Assembly (NCBI GenBank): GCA_038087875.1
Contig: JAXLNO010000575.1
Coordinates: 1-64,000, forward strand
Origin: Malacoraja senta
Lineage: Eukaryota
Direction of reading: 5' to 3'
Length of the DNA stretch: 64,000 nt
Under the pieces are notes generated by a model, which worked only from the letters and a program-made list of their open reading frames with translations, searched no databases and was not told the DNA's origin. Positions within the stretch are counted from its first letter, which is position 1, and the number at the start of each line of letters is the position of its first letter. This document shows, piece by piece, positions 1 through 12,942 of the stretch. Both the position numbers and the translations under genes were made by a program.

Positions 1-32
1 GTTTCTATGTTTCTAAACCTTTAAAGATGTTA

Positions 33-667
33 GGTAGACAAAAATGCAGGAGAAACTCAGCGGGTGAGGCAGCATCTATGGAGTGAACTAAATAGGCAAT
101 GTTTCGGGCCGAAACCCTTCTTCAGATTGATGTGAGGGTGGGGAGGCGGGAAGAAGAAAGGAAGAGGTGGAGCCAGTGGTCTAGAGGGAGAGCTGAGAAG
201 GGGAGGAGAAAGTAAGGACTACCTGAAATTAGAGAAGTCAATGTTCATACCGCTGGGGTGCAAACTGCCCAAGCGAAATATGAGGTGCTGCTCCAATTTG
301 CGGTGGGACTCACTCTGGCCATGGAGGAGGCCCAGGACAGAAAGGTCGGATTCGGAATGGGAGGGGGAGTTGAAGTGCTGAGCCACCGGGAGATCAGGTT
401 GGTTATTGCGAACCGAGCGGAGGTGTTGGGCAAAGCGATCGCCAAGCCTCCGCTTGGTCTCACCGATGTAGAGCAGCTGACACCTAGAGCAGCGGACGCA
501 ATAGATGAGGTTGGAGGAGGTGCAGGTGAACCTCTGCCTCACCTGGAAAGACTGCTTGGGTCCTTGAATGGAGTCAAGGGGGGAGGTAAAGCGGCAAGTG
601 TCGCATTTTTTGCGGTTGCGAGGGAAAGTGCCAGGGGAGGGGGTGGTTAGGGTGGGAAGGGACGAAT
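33..667 (-). mobile_element. Penelope-like element 3' fragment: GIY-YIG endonuclease end plus terminal repeat
   Basis: ORF 219-728 has NLIYCVRCSRCQLLYIGETKRRLGDRF..HFN..E..LI..LGSLHPSGMN, a Penelope-type GIY-YIG. It is followed by the same pyrimidine-rich UTR and hammerhead motif as the copy at 54746-55810. Confidence 0.9.
98..125 (-). ncRNA. Minimal type I hammerhead-ribozyme-like motif
   Basis: Minus strand reads CTGAAGA-AGGGTTTCGGCCC-GAAAC-ATT: CUGANGA box, stem II and GAAA box. Cleavage triplet is degenerate and stem I is weak. Confidence 0.55.
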
Positions 668-727
668 ATATGTTTCTATAAGATTCCCTCTCATCTTTCT
701 CAATTCCAGTGAATACAAGCCCAGTCA

Positions 728-2865
728 ACTACCGGAACAGCTCCCCCCTCAACCAGAAGTGCTGGCACTTCCCTACCTGAACTCCTTCTACGCACGACTC
801 GAGACAGGCAACATCACCCCTAGCTCGCCGTCTAAAAATAACACCACAAGCATGCGAGGCTGGAGGGAGGTGAGGAGGGCTCTGACGCGTGTGAACACGA
901 GGAAAGCTGGAGGCTCGGATGGTATATCTGGGCAAGTACTTAAGTCTTGTGCTAAGCAGCTAGCTCTGGTGCTCACCACAATATTCAACCTCTCCCTGGC
1001 CAAGTCCGTGGTCCCTGCCTGCTTCAAAAGATCTACCATTGTACCAGTGCCAAAGAATGCCTCTCCAGCCTGTTTGAATGACTACCGACCAGTGGCCCTC
1101 ACCTCGGTAGTCATGAAATGCTTCGAGAGGCTGATCAAGAACCACATCTGCGCCCTCGCAACATGGACCCGCTACAGTTCGCATACCATCCGAACAGATC
1201 CACGGACGATGCGGTCTCCCAGGTTCTGCACATCACCCTCTCTCATCTTGACAGCCAGAAGGGGGGCTATGTGAGGATGCTGTTCATAGACTTCAGCTCA
1301 GCTTTCAACACCATAGTCCCCACCAGACTTGCTGAGAAGCTGCTGAAACTGGGGCTGAACACCCCCCTGTGTGCCTGGGTCCTGGACTTTCTCACCGCCA
1401 GGCCCCAGGTGGTCAAGATGGGGAGACATACTTTGAACATTCTCACCCTGAACACAGGATCCCCCCAGGGTTGCGTCCTTAATGTCTCTGTCCCTTTTAG
1501 GAAACCTGAACGGAAACCTCTAGAGACTTTACGCCCCACCCAAGGTTTCCGTGCGGTTTCCGTGCGGTTCCCGGAGGTTTTTGTCAGTCTCCCTAATGGT
1601 CGAAAGTGGTTTCCGCTTCTTCTATGTTCCGGCGATTATTTCAAAAAATTCAAAACCGGCCGCGACTAAAAATAGGTTTCCGTTTTAAAAATCGGTAATC
1701 TTTTAGTCAAAGCCCGTTGCGATGCTAGTTGAAGGTGGTTGCCGGAGGTTGCAGGTAGTGGAAGGTAAGACCTTTTTTTCACCCAGTTTTATTCCACCAG
1801 GGAGGTCTTACCTTCCACTACCTGCAACCTCCGGGCAACCACCTTCAACTAGCATCGGACCGGATTTGAATTTTTTGACATAATCGCCGGAACATAGAAG
1901 AAGCAGAAACCACTTCCGTTCAGGGGCATTATTAGCCCCCTACTGTACTCCCATGACTGTGTGGCCAGGTTCAGCTCCAACTCCATAATCAAGTTTGCTG
2001 ATGACACTGTGGTGGTGGGCTTGATCTCCGATAACGATGAGAAGGCCTACCGGGAGGAGGTGGCTGATCTGGCACTCTGGTGTCAGGACAACAGCCTCCT
2101 TTTGAATGTCTCATAAACTAAGGAGCTGATCGTGGACTTTAGAAGGGCACGACACCCGAGGATGTGTACGCCACTGGATATAAATGGGGATACTGTGGAT
2201 AGGGTGAGCTGCTTTAAATACCTGGGAGTCCACATCACAGAGGATCTGACATGGACATCACATGCTGCCGCACCTGCAAGGCAGCACCTTTACCACCTCA
2301 GGCAGCTGAGGAAATCCAGAGTGTCTCTGAGGATCCTTCAGTGCTTCTACTCTGGGGCTGTAGAAAGCATCTTGTCCGTCCGGCAACATCACAAACTGGT
2401 TTGGGAACAGCTCTGCCCAGGACAGGAAGGCTCTGCAGGGAGTAGTGCGTTCGGCCGAACGCACTATGGGAACTACACTCCCCCCCCCCCCCCCCCCCTT
2501 ACAGGACCTATACACCAGGAGGTGCAGATCCAGAGCCAGCAAGATAATGAAGGACCCCAGTACCACCCCAGCAACGGACTGTTCCAGCTGTTACGGTCAG
2601 GCAAGCGCCTCCACTGTCACGCTGTGAAAACAGAGAGGATGAGACGGAGTTTCTTCCCACAGGCCATCAGGTCTGTAAACTCTTATCTCACCAGGGACTA
2701 ATTTACTGTTGTGTGTCTCCTGTAAAAAAATATTTTCTAACGTAAAAACTGATTCTGTTCTATTCTGTTCTGTTGTTTTTTTTGCACAATCCGCGGGCTT
2801 TGCCACTTTCATTTCACTGCACATCTTGTATGTGTATGTGACAAATAAAGTTGACTTGACTTGAC
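728..2865 (+). mobile_element. Rex1/Babar-like LINE, 5' truncated and frameshifted
   Basis: [82 protein letters not shown]. Ends in aataaa plus a (ttgac)n tail. Confidence 0.88.
1481..1931. mobile_element. Palindromic MITE-like insertion (PIF/Harbinger-like)
   Basis: Interrupts the Rex RT between GCVL and SPLLYS at a TTA site. Degenerate ends atgtctctg / caggggcat; long internal inverted arms (about 1604-1660 vs 1860-1915 and 1721-1773 vs 1803-1856). Confidence 0.7.
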
Positions 2866-4566
2866 CCATTCTTTCATCATATGTCGGTCCCGCCATCCCG
2901 GGAATTAACCTGGTGAACCTACGCTGCATTCCCTCAATAGCAATAATGTCCTTACTCAAATTAGGAGACCAAAACTGCACACAATACTCCAGGTGCGGTC
3001 TCACCAGGGCCCTGTACAACTGCAGAAGGACCTCCTTGCTCCTAAACTCAAATCCTCTCGCAATGAAGGCCAAAATGCCATTAGCTTTCTTCACTGCCTG
3101 CTGTACCTGCATGCTTACTTTCAGTGACTGATGTACCAGCACACCCAGGTCTCGTTGCACCTCCCCTTTTCCTAATCTGACACCATTCAGATAATAATCT
3201 GCCTTCCTGTTCTTGCCACCAAAGTGGATAACCTCACATTTACACACATTATACTGCATCTGCCATGCATGTGCCCACTCACCCAACCTATCCAAGTCAC
3301 CCTGAAACCTCCTAGCATCCTTATCGCAGCTCACACTGCCATCCAGCTTTATGTCATCTGCAAACTTGGAGATGTCACATTTAATTCCCTCGTCTAAATC
3401 GTTAATATATATTGTAAACAACTGGGGTCCCAGCACCGAGCCTTGCGGCACTCCACTAGTCACTGCCTGCCATTCTGAAAAGGACCTGTTAATTCCTACT
3501 CTTTGCTTCCTGTCTGCCAACCAGTTCTCTGTCCATGTCAATACCCGACCCCCAATACCATGTGCTCTACTTTTGCACACTAATCTGTAGTGTGGGACTT
3601 TGTCAAAGGCTTTTTGAAACTCCAGATACACCACATCCACTGGCTCCCCCTTATCGATTCTACTTGTTACACCATTTCCTGACTAATGTGGATTCCCTTC
3701 AGTTCCTCTGTAAGAGCTAGTGCCATCTTATTTAGCTATTTTAGTCATGTTAGCTGCAACCTCCATTTTGTGAATAGAATGCTGGTTAAATTTAAAGATT
3801 GACTATTCTGTAAGTCTGCAGAAGCTTGTGAACATGACCTTCACTAACTAAAGGGAACAGAGATAACGGCCGTTCCCTAGCATCTCGTTTCTTTGCCATA
3901 TCAGTGTTCTGTCTGGAGGTTGCAATGAATACAATAGTGCTTTCTTGCCTATGCAGCTGGGCCATGTATCTCTAAACTCCCATATCTATTTAATGTTAGT
4001 TTGAAGGGTTTCATTGTATGTAACTGAGCCCTTTGTTCACTTATGCCTACTAACCATGAGACTAATGTTGTTTTATCAGTATAAAGATACTTGTAATTTC
4101 TCTGTATAGTCAGTAGAGTTGTAGCAGCTTGCGAGTGTGCTTCTAAGTGCACACTCCTGGCTGTGTCCTATTTCACCTGGGTGACTTAGTAAAAGTTTGT
4201 TCAACAAGACCTTTGACCCTTTGAATTATTATTCTACTCATCAAGTCTCACTAACTTTAACAAGGGGATATGGGGAGAAGATAGGAACGGGGCACTGATT
4301 GTGGATGATCAGCCATGATCACATCGAATGGCGGTGCTGGATTGAAGGACCGAATGGCCTACTCCTGCACCTATTGTCTATTGTCTGTTGTCTATTATTC
4401 TAAAAATGTGACCCTGGTTCTGGACTCCCCCAACATCGGGAATCGAGCCATTTACAGTGTATAGATACAGGGTTAAGGGAATAATGTTTCGGGCAAGACA
4501 AAGTTCAGTAAAGTCCAATCAAGAGTAGTCCGAGGGTCTCCAATGAGGTAGATTGGAGGTCAGGAC

Positions 4567-4690
4567 CAATGTTCCCTCTAAGTTGTGCGCGTGCTTACGT
4601 GTGTGCGTGCGTGTATGCGTGTGTGCGCGCGCACACACGTTTTGCAACCAGAGCACAAAGAAAATTTATGTCCGCTCAAAAGGTTAGTTA
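4567..4690 (+). mobile_element. Probable hAT-type DNA transposon left end
   Basis: Begins caatgttccctctaa, resembling hAT-type termini, followed by tgcgcg/gcgcac subterminal repeats. No matching right end seen. Confidence 0.45.
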
Positions 4691-5567
4691 CCAGATGTGT
4701 GATTTCTCCGAGGATCCGCGGATTTTGGAATTCGGAATAAAAAATCTCCACAAAAACATTTCTCCGCTGATCAATGATAGCGGAGAAACTTTATAGGGAG
4801 ATTTATTTTTTCCAAATTCAAAATCTGCGGCCCGATCCATCATCAGGGACAGCTGCAGCCCACTCTGGCATCGACGGGGAAATCATCAATTGGACCCTTT
4901 CGCGGGCCGCATCCGGTCCCACGCCCCCCCAGTGTATAAGTATAATTTATACTTATTTGTAAAAATCTCATAATCATATTGACTTTATTGTACAGTTTAC
5001 GAAGATCCATTTCAATACAATACAATACAAATGTGAATTAAATGAATGAATGATTGAATAAGTTTATTGGTCAAGTATTCACATACAAGGTATTTGCCTT
5101 GGTGCTCCGCCCGCAAGTGACAACATGACATACAGTGAGAAAATAGCCCAGTGGTTAAAACTTAAGTAAAACATAGAAACATAGAAAAATAGGTGCCGGC
5201 ATAGGCCATTCGGCCCTTTAAGCCAATACCGCCATTCAATATGATCATGGCTGAAATTTATTCGTCACATGCACTAACTAAGGTGCAGTGAAATGAATTT
5301 GCCAGCAGCGATACAACTGAAAAAAGAACACACAATACACAATAAAATAGTAAGATTAAACGAGAACTTACCAGTTTGAAGTTTGATCTGTATTTTATGA
5401 GGAGTTACGATGAGGGATTACGTGAAGAGCCCGTCCAGCATGCATGCGCGACATTCTTCAAAGCAGCGGTGTGGAATCACAGGAAACACAATAATTGAAA
5501 TAAACATAGTAAAGAAAAGGAGAACTAAGATACCAGTTGATCTATAATTGAGGGTGGGAGCGGAGGG

Positions 5568-5678
5568 CACGTAATCCCTCATCGTAACTCCTCATAAAAT
5601 ACAGATCAAACTTCAAACTGGTAAGTTCTCGTTTAATCTTACTATTTTACTTCGGAGTCACGTGTGACTACTTGAAGA
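5568..5678. repeat. DIRS internal complementary region (ICR)
   Basis: 5568-5649 is the reverse complement of the terminus 5343-5424. 5644-5678 is the near reverse complement of the other terminus 10072-10108. The halves overlap at atttt. Confidence 0.93.
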
Positions 5679-5844
5679 TTTTAAAGCTCTGTGATTTCAA
5701 ACCGTGTAACAGTTCATACTTCACTCGCTGCCGAAGTCATTCAAGGGAGGAAGTATGTTATCGTAATCAACCATAATCTGTTTGTAAACAATAATGGTAT
5801 CTATTAAACAATAACAAAAGACAAAATGCTCCCCCGGGCTTAAA

Positions 5845-6830
5845 TTATATATTTTTGCAGATTTTAAAAGTTTCTGCAAATAACACAGGTTCTGGTAGCG
5901 GCTTGAGGTAGAACGTCTGGAACGTTTTCTCCATGTTCATTCTTTTAGCCGCCGATGTGAATGCTGCCCTGGTGGAGTGAGATGTATATACATCAGTATC
6001 TACTCCAGCAGCTCCCAGTACCTGCTTGAGCCATCTCGAGATGGTTTGGCTCGACACCCAACCATGAGGTTTCTTGTGGCTGACCCATAAGGCTTTTTTT
6101 TTTTTTTTTTTTTTTTTTTTTTCCCCTTCTCCCTCGAGAATCTCTTGTTGTGTTGATGTAAGTGAATAAGTGAGTCATGACACACAACCGTAGGTCAGGT
6201 GGGTATGCCCGGAAATCCATAACTAGGACTCAAGTTCCTGGCTTGCTCTGCTTTAGCAGCTCCTGAATGGTGAATGAGACCCGGTCTGGTGTTATAACCA
6301 TGTTGTCCAGTCGCAGTAAGTGGAGGGACTGGACTCTTTGTGCTGAGACTAGTGGCATCAGCATGACCGTTTTCAGGGTTAGCTTTTCCAGGGTGAGACC
6401 TGGCTGGGGACCATCCCTTAGGTATGTCAGGACCACACTGACATCCCAGATTTGGGTATACCTAGGTCTAAGAGGGTTGGAGTTGACGATACTCCTCATG
6501 AGTTTGATCACCAGCGGTTGAGACCCTATGGCCTGTTGTCCTGGCACCTGTTTTAAGTAGGCTGACAGCACACTTCTGGCAGTATTGATGGCGCTGTAGC
6601 TCAATCCTTCATTATGGTGAAGGCCCCCCAGGAACTCCAGTACATTGGTTATGGTTGCAGATGACTACGTTGTCCCAGTAGTCGAGCAGTATCTTTCCCA
6701 CTTCCTGATGCTCGATAGGTATTGTTTCCTGGTGGACATACGGTGTCATCATGTTGATGGTCCTGTCAGACACCCCAGTCCCAGCAGTGGTCTTTTGATA
6801 ATCTGCAACCCAGTAGGTTAATTTTGTCAT
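5845..6830 (-). pseudogene. DIRS tyrosine recombinase (frameshifted)
   Basis: SYSAINTARSVLS, PRYTQIWDVSVVL, LTLKT..SAQRVQSL, LCV, TISRWLKQVL..AGVD..YTSHSTRAA. Broken by frameshifts, including a long T run near 6094-6122. Confidence 0.88.
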
Positions 6831-6849
6831 GGCTTGGATGACTTATGTC

Positions 6850-8520
6850 TGATACAGGGTGCGTCAATGGGTCTGGGCTACTGGGAAAGGTCATAGGAGT
6901 TTCGATGACCATGTCGAGTACCACTGGGAACCATGGCTGTGTAGGCCAGTTGGTACTATCAAAATACCTGAAGCAGAGTCCATCTGTATTTTGCGTAGTA
7001 CCCTACAGATTAAGGCAGAAGGGGGGAAAAGCATAGAAGAAATAGGTCCCCCAGTTCAGCGCGAATGCATCTATCGCTGCTGCCTCAGGGTGTGGTTCCC
7101 AAGGGACATACATTGGTACGTGGTGATTTAGTCTGGATGCAAAGATATCGATATCTGGTGTGCCATATTGGTTTGTAATTTTAGCAAAAGCTCTAGGATT
7201 TAACATCCATTCGGTGTTTATCATTGAATTTGCGTGACCTGGCACTGTATTTAGCTTACCTGGTAGGTAAGTTGCTGATAGCCAAATATGTCTATCGACC
7301 CACCATTACCAGATTGTGTTGACCCAATTGTCACATGATATCGACTTTATTCCGCCCATATGGTTAATATAGGCCACCACCGTCATATTATCAATTTGTA
7401 AATGAACATGCAAGTTGTGCATATTCCTAGAATATGCTTTAAAACCATAAAACGCACCCAACATTTCCAAATAATTTATGCCCAGTGTTTGTAGTAAAGC
7501 TGAGTCTAGGTTAGTCCATCTACCACCTGTGCTGGATATGGTATTAGTTGCTCCCCAGCCTTGAGCACTGGCATCTGTTTGTATAGCTAACATTGGGTTA
7601 TTGATGATGATAGGGCTGGAACTATGCCAAATGTTATATCCACCATTGTAACTCTGATATTGCTTCAATGGGTAGTTTCATGGTTCTGTCAAAGTGACCT
7701 GCATGTCGTTTCAACGCCTGTACTTTTGCCCTTTGTAGGTGCTGATAGTGCAGGAGTCCAAATTGTGTAGCTGAAAATGCTGCTACCATTTTGCCAATTA
7801 CTCTTGCCACTTGTCGGATGGTTGGTCGATTGCTAACCATTAAATTGTTGCACATCTGTGCCAATTCTGCTGCTTTACCTTTTGGCAACGTTACAGACAT
7901 GTGGATTGAGTTAATTGTGAATCCCAGATAGTCCATAGTTGTGGATGGCGTCAACTTAGATTTATCTGGATGTATGACAAACCCAGGGTTTCAAACAATT
8001 GTTTGGTAGCTAATACAGCTGATTTTAGCCAACTCCATGGTTTTGCCTACTATTAGGATATCATCAAGATACGCCATGACAATATGTCTCTTGGTAAATA
8101 GTCTAGGGCTGATGTCAACCCATTAGGCGACACTTTATACTGCCATAGTTGCCCCATCCAGGTAAATTTTCAGGTATCTGCGATGACCCTTGTGAATGGG
8201 TACTGAATAGTAGGCATCTTTTAAATCAATGCTTGCCATAAAGTATCCTTTGGAAATCAGTTGTTTAGCAGTTACAAATGTTTCCATTTTGAAATGTACA
8301 TACTTAACAAAGGTATTTAGTGAGGTTAAGTCAATGATGATGCGACATCCACCATCTTTTTTGCTTTTGGTAAATATATTTGAGACAAATTCCAAAGGTT
8401 CATGTTTGGATTTCTCAATGACACCCTTTGTAAGTAACCTCACCAGTTCTGCTTGAGCCTCTAGTTCTCTTTGACTGAGGGGGTAAAGACCCTTTGGGGT
8501 ACGTGCTGAACTGGTGGCAT
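6850..8520 (-). pseudogene. DIRS RT / RNase H / methyltransferase-like ORF (frameshifted)
   Basis: HFKMET, SIDLKDAYYSVPI, AYLDDILI (about 8050-8075), TDASAQGWG, INYLEM, IDNMTVVAYINHMGG, DIFASRLN, YAFPPF. Confidence 0.9.
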
Positions 8521-8770
8521 GTTTTCTTGAATGAACTCTATTTTGTATCCCCGAATACTGTTAAGTATATAACTATCATTCGTGAGACACCTCCTGTTAG
8601 TACAGTTCCCCATTTACATGCTGGTAGGAACCAGACCCACCTACCTCCATAGTTATGGTAGAGTTCTTTTCTTCCGTTTGTTCATCCGTCGTTATACTGC
8701 TGGATGTTCTGCTGATGTACTTCTGATTGGGGGTGGCGCATTTTCCATGGGGTCCGCTCTGGGCCCTGGC

Positions 8771-9946
8771 CTAAAAAGGCTTTCGGGGATAGTATGCGGA
8801 CCCCGAGCTTTCACCAGTTCCATAAATTTGACCTTGACTGGTGGACGCGGTGGGGTACTGCCGTCTGGTTTTTTGTGTGGGTCTGCTCGTTCCGGGGCCT
8901 GCCCTCATGAGGCCAAATGCTTTGGACTCTTCCTCCAGGTCTTTCACTTGTCCTTCCAAATAACAGGATCTGCGGCTCTGAGGCCGGTGTTTTACACAGT
9001 CCTGCAAACCTGGGATTGAGGGCAGGTCTTATTCTCTCCTTGCGGAGGTTGTTTATCTCATATTGGGTGTAGCACAGCAGAGCCAGAGTGTCTTGCTGGT
9101 TTGTGGTCATATCCACCCCATCCACGGAACGAGCATAGGCTGTTATCCCTGTCGTCAGGAGCTTGAGGATTTTAGCTCCTGGTTCCGGATACTCTGTCCC
9201 CCCCCCCCCAGATTTGGCTGTTAACAGCCGGTACATTGAGCGAACTGCAGTTTTCCAGCTCTAGTGCCTCATTAAGTACCTGTCTTGTAGGGGTTTGAGG
9301 GACAGGTGGTTGATGCTGGCCGCCAGTTTTGGCTCCAATGGCCGCCCTGCTCGTGGTGTAACCACGTAGCGAATCTCCACACCCAGCAGCTCTTCCTGAT
9401 CCTGTACCCCAAGCGTACTCCCGACATCTTCAGCCAATGACCCCTGTTCCTGACCAGCCCAGCCCTGGTCGCCAACGCTGCCCTGCTTTGAGGGGAAAGC
9501 GATGGCCAGTGCATTGTAGAGCACTGCTGTGGGAGTGCCTGATCCCCCTGGCGAGACTGCTCTAGCTCCTGAAGTAAGTCTCGCTGGAGCAGTTGCTCCA
9601 TGAGCCTTTTCATTCGGCTCAGGCGGCTAGCTCTGCCGCTCTAAGGCGGACCCTCCTCATCGGAGTCAGACATAACAGGCCGGTTTAAAAAAAAAATTTT
9701 TTTTTAACTTTTCCTCCAGCCCGCTGCCGCTCATCAGGCTGCGCTAGCGGTACTGGGCTCGGCTCGGTCTCGATGAGGGTGGACCGCCGCATATGCGGTC
9801 CAGGTGCCGCCTCTCGCCCCCCACTGATGGAACACTCCCGTTCTGTTGGAGTCGAACGGGGGGCGGTTTTCTTCCTTTGCCGTGCTGCTCATTTCCCCAG
9901 TTCCTCTGGAATATAGAGCAGAGCACAGCTTGCTGATTACGACCAC
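8771..9946 (-). pseudogene. DIRS gag-like ORF (frameshifted)
   Basis: Lies upstream of the RT within the element; DTLALL..Q.EINNLRKERIRPALNPRFAGLC..LLFG resembles DIRS ORF1 C-termini. Confidence 0.65.
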
Positions 9947-10326
9947 AGAGTAAGACTTACCTGATGGTCCGCTGTTTAGTTTTCACCGACGTGTAGCGGG
10001 AGCGCCTGTACTCCCGGTCGTCGCTGTTGCACTGCGTGAACGCTAATGTCGCGCATGCGTGCTGGACGGGCTCTTCACGTAGTCACTCACGTGACTCCGA
10101 AGTAAAATCCAACACAAACATCCACCACAGCATTCTTCACTGTGGTGGAAGGCAACAAAGTTCAGTCAGTCCACCTCGTTTGTTCATCCGTGGTCAGGGC
10201 CATGAACCCTCCATAGTCGTCGCTATTGACGGCCCGATGTACAAGCACTCTCGTCGGGATGATCGAAACTCCGACGTCGGGACGGTCGAACACACTCCGC
10301 GGCTTGGTGTGCCCGAATCGGCCACT

Positions 10327-10638
10327 TTCTGTAGCTGGCTTATTGAGTTTTTATTTTGATTCACCGTGTCAAATTCAAAGGATGCAAAGGGTGTGAAATG
10401 CAAAAGAACAGCGAGCTGGTTTAAAGTTGAATGGCTTAACAAAATCGTAAAAACTGCTGAACCAAATGTTCATGAGGTCATGAACGTTGAGCTGCAAGAA
10501 ATATTTATGTATGATTCTGTCACTGGAGGTTTCTGTTTGTACAGTCGTGATGCAAAAGTTGCCGGAGAATTGGCTAATGGAGAGAAGTGGGATGATAATT
10601 GGAAGCTTGAATTTTTGAAGAGGCATTTGGTGAGTAAA
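10327..10638 (+). pseudogene. hAT-like transposase N-terminal zinc-finger remnant
   Basis: ORF 10366-10641: F..EW..FCLYSR..W...KLEFLKRHLVSK resembles a TTF/BED-type finger with the second Cys lost. Cut by a (TGAA)n-ended repeat. May belong with the left end at 4567. Confidence 0.5.
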
Positions 10639-10867
10639 TGAATGAATGAATGAATGAATGAATAAGTTTATTGGCCAAGTATTCACATACAAGGAATTTG
10701 CCTTGGTGCTCCGCCCGCAAGTGACAACATGACATACAGTGACAGTTAGGAATGACACATAAAACATTAAACATGAATAATAAAACATTATCGATTAAAC
10801 ATGTGAATGAAATAAAATACCAGAGCAAAAGGAGGCTACAGATTTTTGGTTATTGAGTAGAGCCAAA

Positions 10868-11492
10868 AGTAGGGCTTGTTTTACTCTGGAGTTTAGAAGG
10901 ATGAGAGGTTATCTCATTGAAACATATTAGATTATTAAGGGTTTGGACACGCTAGAGGCAGGAAACATGTTCCTGATGTTGGGGGAGTTCAGAACCAGGG
11001 GCCACAGTTTAAGAAGGTAGACAAAATTGCAGGAGAAACTCAGCAGGTGCGGCAGCATCTATGGAGTGCAGGAAATAGGCAACGTTTCGGCCCAAAACGT
11101 TGCCTATTTCCTTCGCTCCGGAGATGCTGCCGCACCCGCTGAGTTTCTCCAGCAATTTTGTCTACCTTCGATTTTCCAGCATCTGCAGTTCCTTCTTGGC
11201 CACAGTTTAAGAATAAGGGGTAAGCCATAAAGAACGGAGATGAGGAAACACTTCTTCACACAGAGAGTTGTGAGTCTGTGGAATTCTCTGCTTCAGAGGG
11301 CGGTGCAGGTCGGTTCTCTGGAAACTTTCAAGAGAGAGCTAGATAGGGCTCTTGAAGATAGCGAGTCAGGGGATATGGGGAGAAGGCAGGAACGGGGTAC
11401 TGATTAGGGATGATCAGCCATGATCACATTGAATGGTGGTGCTGGCTCGGAGATCCGAATGGCCTACTCCTGCACCTATTGTCTATTGTCTA
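10868..11492 (+). mobile_element. CR1 3' fragment with nested fold-back insertion
   Basis: [27 protein letters not shown]-type coding remnant and (tattgtc)n tail. Confidence 0.85.
11016..11197. mobile_element. Fold-back Penelope terminal-repeat mini-element with 16-bp TSD
   Basis: Inverted arms centred near 11090. Flanked by ggccacagtttaagaa at 11000-11015 and 11198-11213. Confidence 0.85.
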
Positions 11493-12200
11493 ATGCTGAG
11501 AACTATATTCTGCACTCTGTATCTTCCCCTTTGCTCTACTTATTGGACTTGAGTTTGACTTGATTGTATTTATGTGCAGTTTTATCTGGTCTGTTTGGGT
11601 AGCTGCAGAACAAAGCTTTTCACTGTACCTCGTTACGTGGCAATAATAAACCTGAGCATAAAGAGGCTTTGCTGCCTACATGGTCTAAATGGTGCTTGAG
11701 GTTTGGCCGGAGATGGTGTACGATTCTGATCTCCTGAAATTGGGAGGTTCACTTCTCTTCATGAGTCCTACGTCGGTCAGGATCTTCACCAGGTTCTTCC
11801 TGAACTTCAACCCGATGAATGCGTAGAGGATTGGGTTGATGCAGCTGTGAAGAAACCCCAAGAACTGGGTGGCGCTCAGAGCCCTGTCCACGTGGTCGCG
11901 TCTGGCGCAAGAGTCTTCGATGAGTTTGCTCCTCATCAGCGTGCCAACCAGCACCGTGACGTTGTGGGGCAGCCAGCACGCCAGGAAGGCCAGCACCACG
12001 GCGATGATGACCATCAAGGCTTTCTGCTTCTGGAAGCCCTTGGTCTGGCACAGTTTCCACACGGTGACGGTGTAGCAGAAGACCATGGCGGCCAGCGGCA
12101 TGAGGAAGCCCATCACGTGCCGCAGGAACCTGGTGGCGGTTCTCCAGTTGTCGGCCGATTGTCCGTCGAGGATCTTGTAGCATCTGGTCCTGCCGTCGTA

Positions 12201-12527
12201 CATAGATACATAGATACATAGAAAATAGGTGCAGGAGTAGGCCATTCGGCCCTTTGAGCCTGCACCGCCATTCAATATGATCATGGCTGATCATCCAACT
12301 CAGTATCCCGTACCTGCCTTCTCTCCATACCCCCTGATCCCTTTAGCCACAAGGGCCACATCTAACTCCCTCTTAAATATAGCCAATGAACTGGCCTCAA
12401 CTACCCTCTGTGGCAGAGAGTTCCAGAGATTCACCACTCTCTGTGTGAAAACGTTTTTCCTCATCTCAGTCTTAAAGGATTTCCCCCTTATCCTTAAGCT
12501 GTGACCCCTTGTCCTGGACTTCCCCAA
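12201..12527 (-). mobile_element. CR1 3' tail inserted in ECL2 of receptor copy A
   Basis: [35 protein letters not shown] plus CR1 3' UTR and (tatgtatc)n tail, lying between codons PDLY and YDGRTRC. Confidence 0.92.
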
Positions 12528-12942
12528 GTAGAGGTCGGGCAAGGACAGGAGCAGGGCCACGAGCCAGATGGCGGCACACACCAGTTTGACCAGCCACGGC
12601 CTCTTGTGGCCGTGCGACTGGGCAGAGCGGACAATGGCCAGGTAGCGGTCCATGCTGATGCAGGCCAGCAGCAGGATGCCACTGTAAAAGTTCACCTCCT
12701 GCAACATACTGATCACCTTACACATGGCGTCACCAAGCACCCAGCCAGACACGGCGTCCACTGCCCAGAAGAGCAGGTCGGCCGTGGCCAGATGGAGCAG
12801 GTAGACGTCCGTGGACGAGATGTAGCGGCGGTTGTGAAGGATGACCACCAACACCAACAGGCTCCCCGTCACGGCCAAGAGACACACCAGGCTGTAGACC
12901 ACGGCCAGGACAACGCTGATGGAATAACTCAAAACCATTGGT

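Larger units (their letters stand above)
668..3669 (-). mobile_element. CR1 LINE RT/3' region, split by a Rex/Babar insertion
   Basis: ORF 2597-3640: [44 protein letters not shown]. The CR1 sequence resumes at 668-727 on the other side of the Rex element. Confidence 0.9.
5344..10108 (-). mobile_element. Full-length DIRS1-type tyrosine-recombinase retrotransposon (ORFs decayed)
   Basis: ITRs at 5419-5455 and 10045-10081, internal complementary region at 5568-5678, and gag, RT/RNase H, methyltransferase-like and YR coding remnants in DIRS order. Confidence 0.95.

Noticed and set aside
5042..10742. Direct repeats at 5042-5139 and 10639-10742 as LTRs of the DIRS element
   Set aside because: They lie outside the ITR-defined ends and look like two copies of a (TTCA)n-tailed LINE 3' end.
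12300..12938. GPCR-CR1 fusion protein of 212 aa
   Set aside because: Read-through from the pseudogene into an inserted CR1 tail; it lacks the true N-terminus, part of TM2 and TM5-7.
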